DNA from: Perkinsus chesapeaki ATCC PRA-425
Lineage: Eukaryota > Protista > Perkinsozoa
Reading direction: 5' to 3'
NCBI GenBank assembly: GCA_013115145.1
Contig: JAAPAO010000019.1
Location: 1 to 64,000, forward strand
DNA length: 64,000 nt
The translations under genes and the position numbers were made by a program. The notes beneath the pieces were generated by a model, which saw only the letters and a program-made list of their open reading frames with translations, did not search any database and was not told the DNA's origin. This document shows, piece after piece, positions 11,836-23,664 of this stretch (position 1 is its first letter; every line of letters starts with the position of its first letter).

Positions 11836-12699
11836 ATGTGGGGGATTCGAGCTGGACCAGAAATCCTGGCAATCGAGGACAAGTTCCGAGTCTCGAAGGA
11901 AGCTGGTGCGTGCTGTCATGGTTGTTGTCAGCTACTGACTCTCTCAGATACCCGAGAACTAGCCCAGTTGATACAGGGCGTCCTTCTGAGGCCCGGCGAC
12001 TCCCTAGTGCTCCAAGGGGTACCCAGATCAACCCACTGCGTCGACAGTGCTCCCTACTCAGATGGGCGCTCATTCTGTCAATTGCGCGGTTAAGGCGACG
12101 ACGATCGCAGCCCAGAGGTTTGGCGCTTCGATGCCTTTGACTGTCCACTTTACCGGTCCTGCTCCCGGTATGATAATGAATTCACGTAAGTTCTTGGGTT
12201 GCGTCACGTGTAGCTTTGTTGTAGAGCGACGGGACTATGAGATTTGGCTCGTCGTTCGCTTGGCGGACAGCCTCCTCACACCCGACCTTCCCGAGGAGAC
12301 CCGTGCATTGATCGTCTCGATGTCTACTAGAGTTCACGCACTTGCCGGCGCCATAGTCAGCTCACTTAAAGAAAACACTCCAGTGGACCTTCACGGTGGG
12401 AATGCCGAATCTTCCCAAGGCGGCAGGGACTTTCAGGAATCGGCCCGGTTTGTGTTCACAAAATGGCCGAGGCGCTGACGGTAGCCGCAGAGTTCTGTAG
12501 AAAGGAGAAGCTCCCCGGCGAGCTGCTGACACGGCCCTCCTTTTACCAAGTCCAGAGTGACTCTGGTACGACCCGTTCGTCTTGCGTTGGTTTCTCAGCT
12601 CTCACAGGTTACACCCGATCTGGAGACTCCACCATCAGCGGCATCAACCTCCGAGTGCGGCTCGAAGATGCGTTTGAAATTGATCGTTCATTGACATGA
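11836..12699 (+). CDS. Double SpoVS-like (Alba-fold) domain protein, unit A; may be fused to unit B
   Basis: After removing introns 11906..11947 and 12019..12061: FRVSKEADTRELAQLIQGVLLRPGDSLVLQGMGAHSVNCAVKATTIA. Second repeat: LIVSMSTRVHALAGAIVSSLKENTPVDLHGIGPVCVHKMAEALTVAAEF...RPSFYQV...STISGINLRV. Both fit the SpoVS pattern LKVS..S.P.SVAGALAGVL......IQAIGAGALNQAVKAVAIA. Confidence 0.7.
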
Positions 12700-12862
12700 G
12701 TGATGTTTTTGGTTTCCGAAACCTCTACTTTGCGTTCTACAGTTTCATCACTCCGCCAATGCTCAGTCCGCAATGCTGCGGTCCACGTTCGGTCTCGGAT
12801 GGCGTCTGGATGCGACTCGGGGGCTGCTCGCTCTGTCGCGTCCGTTGCTAGTGGCGAGGCGG

Positions 12863-13794
12863 ATGGCTACAGAAGAGATGGAAGCTTGCGAGAACAGATT
12901 TAGAATTTCACGGCAGGCTGGTAAAAGTTACGCATGCGAAGACGACAGGTTCTCCTTAGATGTTTCGGAGCTAGGAAAAATGGCACATCTTTGTTTGCGG
13001 AAAGAAGGCGACATGCTTGTTTTCGAAGCCGTACGTTGCGCAGGGTCCGTGAGCCTTTGAAGGATTCTCTCAGGTCGGCACCGAAACGATATCGACCGTC
13101 TTGAAGGCGTCAGCAGTGGCCATGAAGCTCGCCGACGAGAACAAGCCCATCGAGATGGAGGTCACTGGGCCTACAGAAGAGATCGCTAAGAGCATGGGAG
13201 GTGACTAAGACGGCTTAATGATGGTCATTTGCCCTTCACAGCCTTCGCCAAGCGCAACAGCTGGATTACCCTCCACAAGACTAGCAAGTCTCCTCCTACT
13301 GACGAGGTTGGTAATCCTGACGAGCCACCCAACCCGAGATTAACTGCAAGTGCTAACTCCGATAGAGTTAAATTGGCGTCCGCCATTTCGCTGTCATTGC
13401 GTGATCATCCAAATGTTGAAGTGCAAGGTAAGCTTGATATCTGCAAAGATCACTTTGGATGTACTGTAGATCAGTTCATAATCCCCGAACTCCAACTGGA
13501 CGTTGTTTCTGATTCAGGTATCGGACCGCTGTGTATGAGGAAAATCGTAGAAGCGCTAGAGATCGCCGGCGTTCAATGTACGTCAGCTGCTCTGAGCAAA
13601 TTGGTCTTTGAGCGATTTCTGAATCAATAGGTGACGATGGCAAAGGCCAGCACATACGAGGAAGTGCAAGATTCGAGCATGTCCCGTGCGGGGAGGGTAT
13701 GAGTCGAAGCGGCGAACCGTTCCTTACTGCGATGGTGCTTCGGTTGAGACTTCATCGGCCGCACGCTGAGATATCTGTTGGCAACGATGCATAG
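12863..13794 (+). CDS. Double SpoVS-like (Alba-fold) domain protein, unit B
   Basis: Spliced: FRISRQADVSELGKMAHLCLRKEGDMLVFEAVGTETISTVLKASAVA and RLTASANSDRVKLASAISLSLRDHPNVEVQGIGPLCMRKIVEALEIAG...RSGEPFLTAMVLRLRL...A* (TAG 13792-13794). Intron positions match unit A. Confidence 0.7.
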
Positions 13795-14926
13795 CAACAT
13801 GAACGTTTCCGGACATTCGACAATCTTTTATTGACTAGTCTATGTACCTATACCCTGTTGAGGACTATACAACAAACAACAGTACAGAAATACAAGGTCG
13901 TAGGTTACCGAATAGGCAAACTCTCGCCCGATGGTGTATAGTATGAGTGTTTTCGGACCAGCTGCGTGTACAGGCTGTACAGTACAGCGATCTCTACCAA
14001 CGGCAGACATCCACCAATGCTTTCCCATTGCATGCTCGTCAGGGAAAGGATCTCGAGAATACCAGCTAGGCTGGCGTCGTGTCATGGAAGAGCATGCAAT
14101 CTTGACACTACACTTTAGTACAGTACAACTGAGAAGCACAAGACGGAATTGTGTCAGAATCAGTCGGGTCTGTCATTAAACCTTGACAAAACTAATTCTA
14201 GAACAGGTCTTCAAATTCGGCCTTAAGAACCTGCAATCCCGTTCATAGAAATGAGCTTCTAAGATAGTCAATACCAGTTCAGAAACCAGTTCTGAGTTCC
14301 GAAACTAGCTTAATGAACGACCATAGTGTTTCAGTTATTTTCGGATGACACTGAATACTTATAATATATATCGGCAAGTGATTTAGTGGCCGTGCGATCG
14401 GAATGTTCGAATTAAGTACATGAACTCAGTACCTCCAAGTTCTCAACCGGAAAATACTTATCATAGAGCATTAACTAACCGGTGCATTTCACCCACTTCT
14501 GCGGAGACTTCCGCCTGCCAATGGCTTCGATATGAGTCAGCATGACAAATGACAGCGCCGATAGTACAGAAAGCGTGCGCTCAAGTAGCACACGACAACC
14601 TGCTAAGGACGAATTGTACAATGGGCTTATCAACTAATAGTCTCGCTCTTATCATCTGGGGAATCTTATTACCGAGGGATACTGACAACTGAGAACGACC
14701 GTAGCTCGGCCGGAGCTAACCAGATGTGTGTTATGGTTACACATCCTCTATTAAGCACATCAAGTGCGAGTAGAGATGAGATCAAAAGGGGACCTTTCAC
14801 CGAATGAATCTAAGGGATGCATTAGACAGCTTGTAGCTCCGGCTCACGAAGTTAGAAAGACTCTGCATATAGGAAATAGCTCATCTCAAATGAGTTCTGT
14901 AGACTACTTGATGAAGTGCAAAGCTT

Positions 14927-15337
14927 CTACTCCAGGGAGCTCCCAGGGTTCCAGCAAGTGCCCGGCCTCATCGTAACACTTCTATTGAGGAAGGTTGAGT
15001 TGACCATATCACCAGATGTATCGTATGAGTATTCAAGCAGGCTTTCTGATAGATCTATCTCACACCAATCTTTCACGCGCCGAACGAATTCAGAGCGCAC
15101 AGCACTACTGGAGGCATCGACAGTGAACGGGCTGCTCAGTCCATGTATGTTTATAAGGTCTGATGTGAGCTCTGCATAAACGCACTGAATGAGTTCAGAG
15201 ATTTGGATAGGGTCACCACTCAACCAACAAGTCTCAATACAGACGTCGCCGGTTCTCACAACATACTTGCCGAAAGGGGCCTTAGCCGATGAACCATGCC
15301 AAATAGAAAGTATGAGGACCAATAAGATGACGGACAT
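14927..15337 (-). CDS. Intronless small secreted protein (136 aa), lineage-specific
   Basis: ATG 15337 begins a signal-peptide-like MSVILLVLILSIWHGSSA, followed by a compact Cys-containing domain ending at the stop at 14927. Confidence 0.65.
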   Translation of the reverse strand: MSVILLVLILSIWHGSSAKAPFGKYVVRTGDVCIETCWLSGDPIQISELIQCVYAELTSDLINIHGLSSPFTVDASSSAVRSEFVRRVKDWCEIDLSESLLEYSYDTSGDMVNSTFLNRSVTMRPGTCWNPGSSLE

Positions 15338-16899
15338 TATGATGTTAGAAGGTCGGACAAATAGCAGAAAGCACGCCTGAATCGGTAAAACACTACTGAG
15401 ACATACCTGATGATAAAACCTGAAGTCGAGTCGGCATAATAACCCCTGGGCAGATCTACTCTCATCTCTCAGCCCAATGAAACCATGGGGACCGATTGGG
15501 AAATAAACAACGCGTACATACGCGCAGGTTTGCGGCGTATAGTGTACGCATGCACTGTATATGCACCACTGGATGGGAGACAGCAGCGCTGTCACAACAC
15601 TGCTGCCACAGTCTACATCTAAGTTTATTTTCTGTCACAGTGCAATGAATTCAACTGCAAACGTGGACATCCAACTAGGCTCCGGTGTCTCCGCATTAGG
15701 ATTAAACCTATACACAACTGAGCATATCGTTTAAGTGCGTCCCAGAGGACGGATCTATGCCCCCGATCTCGCGTGCAGCTAGATTCTGTCACAGGGCGGT
15801 CGAGGTTTGTCCAACGCGTCGGGTCGTCGTGTAATACGACCAACCTGAAAAGTGAGTAGAATTGGCTCTCGATTAGTTCCAAGTGCACAGAAATGAGGCA
15901 GGGAACCCGAAACTCAAGCGCCGCATGACACAAGAGAAAGCGCAAATGTGCCCGTACGGTACGTATCTCTGGGCTACACTGAGGTAACCGCCGGTAGCCT
16001 ACCGGATCGATAGTACCGGTATCACAGGTTCAGGGACTTTCAATGGAAGTTCCAGTGCCACTGGATGGACTACTACTGAATCAGATTAGCACCATGATAA
16101 TAGCTCCATTACAAACTGCTTCGGTAGTGATTTATCGCAATGGACCAGGTACTGAAAAGTTTCCAGTGGAAATTGCCTCGACTGAACATTCTAACTCTGG
16201 ACGCGTACCAGTGAACATTATAAACTATGCCTGTTGTACATCACTTGTACATACTTGAAATTACTGCTGCTTACTGGTACCTCTCAAAAAGCATGATACT
16301 TTCAAAAACAAAGCTTAGAAAAAGGAACAAGTCAATTTTTTGTCGCTTGCATTATCCGGGGAGGTCGAGGAGGTTGATCTGTCGATTAGCGCCGGCTGAG
16401 CCGTGTTCTGGGTTCACCTAACCTTAGAAAAGAATCCTGTCGGAAATCGTTGGAAGAAGGCTGAAGCCTCCACCAAAGGGTCAAACCGGATCCCTACAAC
16501 GGCACTACAATAAAGGTGAGTTCAGAGGATATTTTCGCGGAGAGGTTGCATGAATCTTTAGTCCCCCTGCTTGAGCATTTATCTGGTAACCAGATTCTGG
16601 CGAGTCTCATCCGGTTAGATGCGTCTCTTGCATTGCGTTCTCGATAAGAGGATAGGGCGTTCTCAAGACGTAACCGCCGTTTTCGGCTTTCGAGCTCTCA
16701 GAAGTCGGTGCTATCACTGCCACAGTGTACGGAATGTCGCCGAAACTTGCCCTAATTTACCAAGAAAGTTCTTCACCATGTGTCTCGGTCGATTGTTCGT
16801 TTGACTAGAATGTCACGACGGGACTTCCGTAGTTTTATACTGCAATAACTACGCAACAATAAAGGCGCATAATGAGACTACCATAATCATATTAAAAAT

Positions 16900-19320
16900 G
16901 CTTTCAATGTTCACTGGCTTTTGCATCTCGGTACACCGCCTTCCACTTCACAATGAGATTCTTGCTCGCCTAAGCACACGAACCATACTCATACTTCGAG
17001 ACGAGAGCGACCAACTTCCTGAACCTCAGGGTCCTCATGTCGAGCGTATCGGTGAACAATCTTTCCTATTTTCGTATCACGAAGAGTTTCTACGTCCATG
17101 TCGTACCGGTCGAGAACTCCGAGTAGCGGTTTAATCTAAAAGTACAGTTGCCATTTCCCTATCGGCCGCCAACACCTTTTCGGAATCGAGGAGCGTACCC
17201 TCGGGAACAAGGTTAAGTTCAGCAGCTACTTTACCGACATCCCGCCTGGTTGGGGAAGAATATGAAACACAAAGACATCGCTTTCGCGGTGAAGTCGGAG
17301 GCCCTGATCAGACGAGTAAAATCTTCAACACGGGGAGGTTGAGAAGGCTACCTTGAGGCGACCCGCTCGAACGACTTTCGACGATTTCTAAATTCTCCTT
17401 TTCCAAAGCGTTCTTCCATTGCTCATATGTGAGACGCACAAATGTCATTTTATCTTTGTGAGAGCACTCTATGCCATAGTCGCTTCTCAACCTGATTTCC
17501 GAAGTCACCGAGGAGCGGAAGATTCACCAACGTACATTGACAAAGCCTCGTCGAGCATTCCTGGAACTTCGAAGTGGTGGTGAATCTTGCCGCGCTTTCT
17601 GACTATCGTTTCAATTCTACTCGTATTGGTTGTACCCAGCCAAAGAATGATCTTGTCTCGAAGGATAGAATATCTAAATAAGGCTCCAACATACGGCGGG
17701 ATGAGACCTACGCTTTCTGGACCGCTGAATTCTTGGCTGCCTGTTGAGCGCCCAACCTGAGAAATGAGCGATGAGGCCGACTTGGAAATACTGATCAAGA
17801 CGTTGCCTCGCCTTGCTCTTCAAGGCCTCCTCAGGAAATTACACAATGCTGCGTGTAGGGAATAGAGATGGAGCTATGTGGTAGGTGGAACATGGGCACA
17901 GGGAGCAATTTCATAGAAGCACAATAAGCCCACTAGAGGCTTTTGGAACCCTGAAATCTGCTTTATAAAAACAGTTAATCCATTCGACCACACCAGCTTC
18001 CCCCGCAACCGGCATTGCGTCCATGAGACGCGCCCTCAACCCACGTGAAATCAACCGACTGTTTCCTCTCAGTCTGGCCGCCGCTCGATTCCGACGTGCC
18101 TCCCATTTCTTCTCGCCTCAACTGGGCTTCCAACGCCGCGTAGTCCACCTTCTGCAAAAGGCGTCGACAAGAGTGCAGCGAGCTCGTACAGGTTTGTGAC
18201 GTTTAGCTCTTCCTCCACTGATAATCAGAGTTGGATCTACGTCAGCCTCCGTGCCACCGAAACCCTGATCTCAGTAAGTAAGGCGATGAAAACAGTCCAC
18301 TGGGAACAAATTTGCGCAATGGACAAGACGGATTAGCCATCCGGGCTTTGGTGCCTCAGCACGTGAGTGTTAATCACGGTTTCGAGAGTTGAGGTGTAAA
18401 TTATTATCCAGTGAATGTCACACGATGGAATGAGATCATCCAACATATTATTGAAATGAGCTTTTCAAGCCTACATCGTTTTCGCCTTCGTAAGTCCACG
18501 TTGCTCGTTCGCCAGTGGGCAACTCCCAATGTATTTCACTTGCCGATGACAGATGAGGATCAGCTATATATCCCCCAACCTGGCACAGCCTCGTCGGAAG
18601 GAGCAATGCACGCTGCCTCTACCTCGAGTTTCCCGTCTTCGCGTTTAACCAAATCGTACGTTACACCACCATCAAAGTGCCTGGGGCAGTGAAATGGAGA
18701 AACAGGGTTCCAACAGGATTACACTTTTCCCTTCACAACGGTGAGCATGCAGTTAAGCGGATGTTGGATCCAGCGGCCCTGTAAGGACCTTTGAGATATA
18801 ACAAACTCTTCCTCCACAGCAGAGTGCTCCGGATCGGACATCGTACTATACGAAATAGGGTACTGTTCAGAGAGTGCAGTTTTCACTCCGTTTGCCGATT
18901 CCGTCTCAGGGATCGTTATATTATAGCGACTCTGGAGTTTTTGAGATGTACACCAATACCGTGTGGTCTCCACGAGTTGGTGTCGACAGGCTACCTGGAG
19001 ATGGCATGGGCTCCAGGGTGGAATGAAGGGTGGCTCCTATGTTACTCCTGCTGTCACGTTCTTGAAGGCATTGTGGCCTCTACAGCGAAACAAGCCTGAG
19101 CCTGATTTGTGGAGCCAGGAGATACGCCGGCGGGGGCGGCCTCAGGGGTAGGAAGTCGAGTTTAACAAAGCGCCGCCCATTTCGTAGCTGTAAATGGCCT
19201 CGGAAAGTGCACGCAGGAGCGAATGCATCTGATCCTCCCTTCTCCACGAGTGCTTTCAGTCCTTCACGATGTATCGAGCAAAAATACCACGGACTTCGTG
19301 AACTCGGCACCCATCTACTC
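16900..19320 (-). CDS. One or two hypothetical multi-exon genes; boundaries approximate
   Basis: Several protein-like open segments bounded by GT/AG sites (RDVGKVAAELNLVPEGTLLDSEKVLAADR, EIRLRSDYGIEC..., HFDGGVTYDLVKREDGKLE, SLQGRWIQHPLNC). No family recognised. Confidence 0.3.
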
Positions 19321-19605
19321 AAATTAGGTCTCTCCTACAGGTAAGCCTTGAAGATGCTAAAGGTACCACGACAACAACTACCATCTGAATCATGATGATG
19401 ATGGCGCTATTCATTAAAGGATATCAACACGACAAATCGGTAGCCTAGAGCGAGAAAGATAAGAAATCTTTTACGAGGCCAAGCCTTACAGAAATACTCT
19501 CAAAATCGGCAATCGGTCATTTGAGTTCTCGTATCGAGGAAAAAGACAATTGTATGTCGTCGTTGTCGTCGATCAGCTTGTATGCTCTCTTGGATGCTGC
19601 TGGCC

Positions 19606-20544
19606 TCACTCCTGGTATCTTTCGGTGAGGTAACTCTCAATCTGGAGTTTCATCACCTCAGGGTCTTTCGCCCCGACCAGGAATTGCACGGCGTCGTCGT
19701 CGTCCTCCTCAACGTCGCCAATAACAATGAAAGGGAGACCGGTTACCTGAGAGGAGGAGGAGGAGGGGTGCCTCTGTGCACAGGCTAGAGGCACAGCTTG
19801 CTTACGTCGAGCTGATTTGCCCACTGAGCAAGTCGTCTAGTTTGGTCACGAATGTCGCTAACAGTCTTAACGTTCTCAAAGGACTTTCTGGCCTCATTGG
19901 GGTCGAATCCAGCTTCCTCAGCGGCGGAAGCCAGCACATCATCTTGACCAATATCAAGATAATCATGGAAATGCCTAAAGGGTGATGGACAAAATATATA
20001 TCAGCGAAGTACAAACGTATTATTATTGTTTACTTTGATTGAATAATAGTTTCGAGTTTATCAGCCTTCTCCCATCCTCCTTTATCATAAGCCCACTCCA
20101 TAAGGAGATGGGCCTTTATAGTGGGGGACAACTTACCCTTAACTGGACCAATCTCAAAACTGAAGAAATAAAAATAAATCTCCTACTCCTCGGAGTAGCC
20201 TAGCCCAAGGTGCTGCTTCAACTTACCCAGCCGCTTTGGCTGCGGCCCTCAGCTCCCCATGCATCGCGCGGAATTGGGATTCGCCGAACTTCCCGAAGTA
20301 GTAACTGGCTCTGTCGACGGTTTCAGTGAGTGATGGATTCTGGAAGTAAGGTCGCCAGTGAATCTCGAAGGTGACTGCAAAGCAAGGGAAGGTGGCTGCT
20401 AGAGTACCCTCAGGTAAGCCTTTTCGTACCTCTGGAGTCGCGCTCTTTTATGGACTCAAGAGCCTTTCCAAGATTATGACGACCGACAAAGCACCACGGA
20501 CAGACAAAATCCGATACGATGCTGATAGGGACATGTATGGACAT
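19606..20544 (-). CDS. DsbA/FrnE-family thioredoxin-fold oxidoreductase (CPWC)
   Basis: MSIHVPISIVSDFVCPWCFVGRHNLGKAL|VTFEIHWRPYFQNP...|PTIKAHLLMEWA...|HFHDYLDIGQDDVLASAAEEAGFD...|VTGLPFIVIG...FLVGAKDPEVMK...QE*, colinear with FrnE. Confidence 0.88.
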
Positions 20545-20676
20545 GAGCGCGGGGAATACGGGGCAGCTAGCCTTAGAACGACAACTTCATCCAGAGTCAC
20601 CAATCTTGGTTACTCCGCGAGAACGGCCGGGAAACGCGAATCTGGATTCGCAGAAACACATGCACATAGTGAGGAA

Positions 20677-23664
20677 CTAGTGGCTTCGATCGATGAACTC
20701 AAGAATATCTCCTTCTTGAACAACGTACTCCTTTCCGCGGTTTTTTATTAGACCTAAAAAAGCGGCGGGGACTGTTATTTCGGCGTGACGTCGAATCCAA
20801 CCTGCGTCACGAACGTGCGAGACACCTCCGCGCTTCAAGACTTCTTCGGGTCGACATTGCTTGGCCATCTGGAAGAACCTACAAAGAGTCAAAAGAGAAG
20901 CAACGCATTATCGGAAACTGGTGCCGTATACGACCAAGATGCAAGGCGCTAGCGAGCAAGCTCCACGGAAACACACTTTTCGAAGTCTGTATGCACGTAA
21001 CGCGCTGCTGCCGGGGCCTTCTCCCCCTTTTGGATGAACCATGCTCGAGCTTCATTGGCTCCTAATGTATAATAATGAGAAACACCTGAGAGGGAGGTAA
21101 AGGAAGGGTTTGCCGAATGCTGAATACCTAACAGTGACTTAACACACTCCATCAAACGAGGCAATCGCGGCTCGCTAAGACCGTATGAGCTGAGGTATTC
21201 AGCAAGGAAGTCGGGGTCGCCCAAAGAACTGGTCTCCTCCTCCAGTATAGAGGAAGCCTGAAGTACAAGAGATACTATCTGCAATGCTAAGTAAGGACCA
21301 ATTGGAGGAGCCAGGAATCTGCTTGTGTTTACGTACACAGTCTGCGCGTGCGTGCACGTTAAGAGCCATCCTTTGTTTATACGATTTGGGTGTGCTTATA
21401 TAGAGTTAATGAGGACCACCGCAGTGGATAACGTAAAGCAGGGCAGCTGGTAAAAGGCATGAGGAGCCTCAGAAGTAGTCTCTATAATCACTATTCAGAC
21501 TTAGCACTATACCGAGTACACAGCTCCACCTTAATCCGCTTAATCGTTCGGCGCGGAAATTTTCGATCGAATTGCTGCTAGATTATAGCTGAGACTCAGA
21601 GCCTGACCAGGGTACTGAGTACCCAGCTGCCCGAAGTGGGAGGAGTCTGCACTGATCAAAGGCGGCCATCACGGCGCAGTGGTCGAATTCCATACGAAAA
21701 ACGCGTTCTAAATTCTAGCTTTCAACAAACAAGATTTGACCCTCTCATAGTTGGCAATCAAATGCCAAAGCTGTGCGTCTCATCAACTTTAGAGAGTTGC
21801 GGGAGATTGATGAGATTATGAGACTACGTATTATGAGTATGAGATTACGTCGTTTGATGACAGACATGTGATCAGACCAGTGCAGCAGAGTTCGCATGGA
21901 TTCATACATCGGATTGGATGCTCTACACGTTAGACCACCGTGCTTGAATCCTCCCGGAACTCGTAATTGTATAGCTGATTGGATGGAACTAATCCGATAA
22001 GGATGCGAGAAGACAGCGCTGGAAGTCTATACAGGTAAAAGTGAAACTGGACAGACACTGAACCAACCCTGGGAATACGTGGCGAACCTCTGTCGCCGGC
22101 GGGCAGTCGGTGACAATCTCCGGGAATGATTCTCACCACGATTAGATCAGCGGCCTTGCTGCACTTGTCCTTAACGTGCTTCTCGAGTGCCACAGTGTAA
22201 TCGTTGCCATCTCTAACATCTTCTGGTCGAACGTTTGCCATAACCAGCAAAGGCTTCGCGGTAATCAGCACACACAGTAAAGGGTCGGTGGCCATAACCT
22301 GGAGGAACATGAACTTGAATTGGTCGTCGTCTTCAGAGTGATACTCGCAGGCCGAAGCTCTCTATGAGCCTGTCCATGTCAATGAGGTTTCTAACCGGCA
22401 CCCCTTCCTCTAGACCCTTCAGCCAGCTTTCGTACAGGGGCAACATCTGACATCAAGCAGGTCGAAATGCCCAAGCGATACCCGACGGAAGAACAAGGTA
22501 ATATAGGATCTACTACTGGTGAATTTAGTTCGTCCTTTGGGAACTATATAGCTACCAAAAGCGGGTGCTAGCATTGATTGGATTATAAAAATGGAAGCAC
22601 TTGATTGGGCAATCACTGAGCGATAAAGAGACTTCCAACATCATCATGCTTACTTTCTTGGCTTCAGGCTCTGCACAGGCACGTTTCCTCAAACCCGGCA
22701 TTTTCCTAGTAGCCATGTCAAGGTCCGCAATAAGAAGCTCATCCTGGCACGGGAACTGGGGGGCCCTAATGCTGACACAAAAGCTCACTGAGATTGCCTC
22801 AAACTCTGCAATAGGATCGATATTGATAGGGTCGTCGACATGTGCTATCTTGGCATCAGAAAAGCATCGTACAACCTGACTAGGAAGGCTCTTCAAGACG
22901 GGCTTGGCATGCAGCGGTGTGTACAAATGCAAGTTGCCTAATCTTCGTTATCTCTTTCCATAAGTTGGTTCGAGATACGAAAACTAAACGACTCGCGTAT
23001 TTTCACTAGGGGAAGTTAATGAGATATAGATTCACACAATTCCTGTCTACTGTAGCACCACCACCACCACCATCAAATCACTAGCTTCCTTCACTTGTGA
23101 TACTCTACCCCTTAACCGCCGCCATATCTCTTTAACTATGAGCCCAATCTATACTTATTGTTCTATAACTAACAAGATATGTACCTGTATGATGCAGTTA
23201 ACATGCCGAATATTTGCCAAGAAACTGTTCCCCATTCCCTGTCCTTCACTTGCTCCTTTCACCAGCCCGGCGATGTCTCTCACTTCAAGCTACGAAAGCG
23301 TACCAAGGAATATAAGTTCGCTTCATTTACTTGGCCGTGTATTTTCTTAACAGAGCCCTCGACTTTGGCGAGCTCGTCTAGCAGAGGGTCCGGCACTGTC
23401 GCCTTTGATATATTGGGTTCTATCGTACCTGAGAGGCTCACAATAAACGCTTATTAGTGACAGTAAGAGCTCACAGAAAGGGAAGTTGGCTGCTTCGGCG
23501 AGTTGAGCTCCAACAATTGCATTAAACGTTGTTGACTTGCCCACGTTGGGATACCCTACCAGACCGCAAGATTTGTTAAATCGCCGCACTTGTCCCAGTG
23601 CGGTATTTGAGAGGTGATTGACGTGGTGAACGGCAAAGACATGTTCGGTGAAGCAAGAAAGCAT
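20677..23664 (-). CDS. ychF: YchF/OLA1 Obg-family ATPase with a possible organellar presequence
   Basis: [24 protein letters not shown]|[77 protein letters not shown]; about 30 residues precede the G domain. Confidence 0.93.

Noticed and set aside
16700-16750. Zinc knuckle-like CYHCHSVRNVAETC
   Set aside because: The His ligand is missing, there is no gag/pol context and the frame is uncertain.
20371-20751. Plus-strand 126-aa ORF and many similar 60-170-aa ORFs (e.g. 22601..22879, 25445..25798, 27135..27542)
   Set aside because: Antisense shadows of well-supported genes on the opposite strand.
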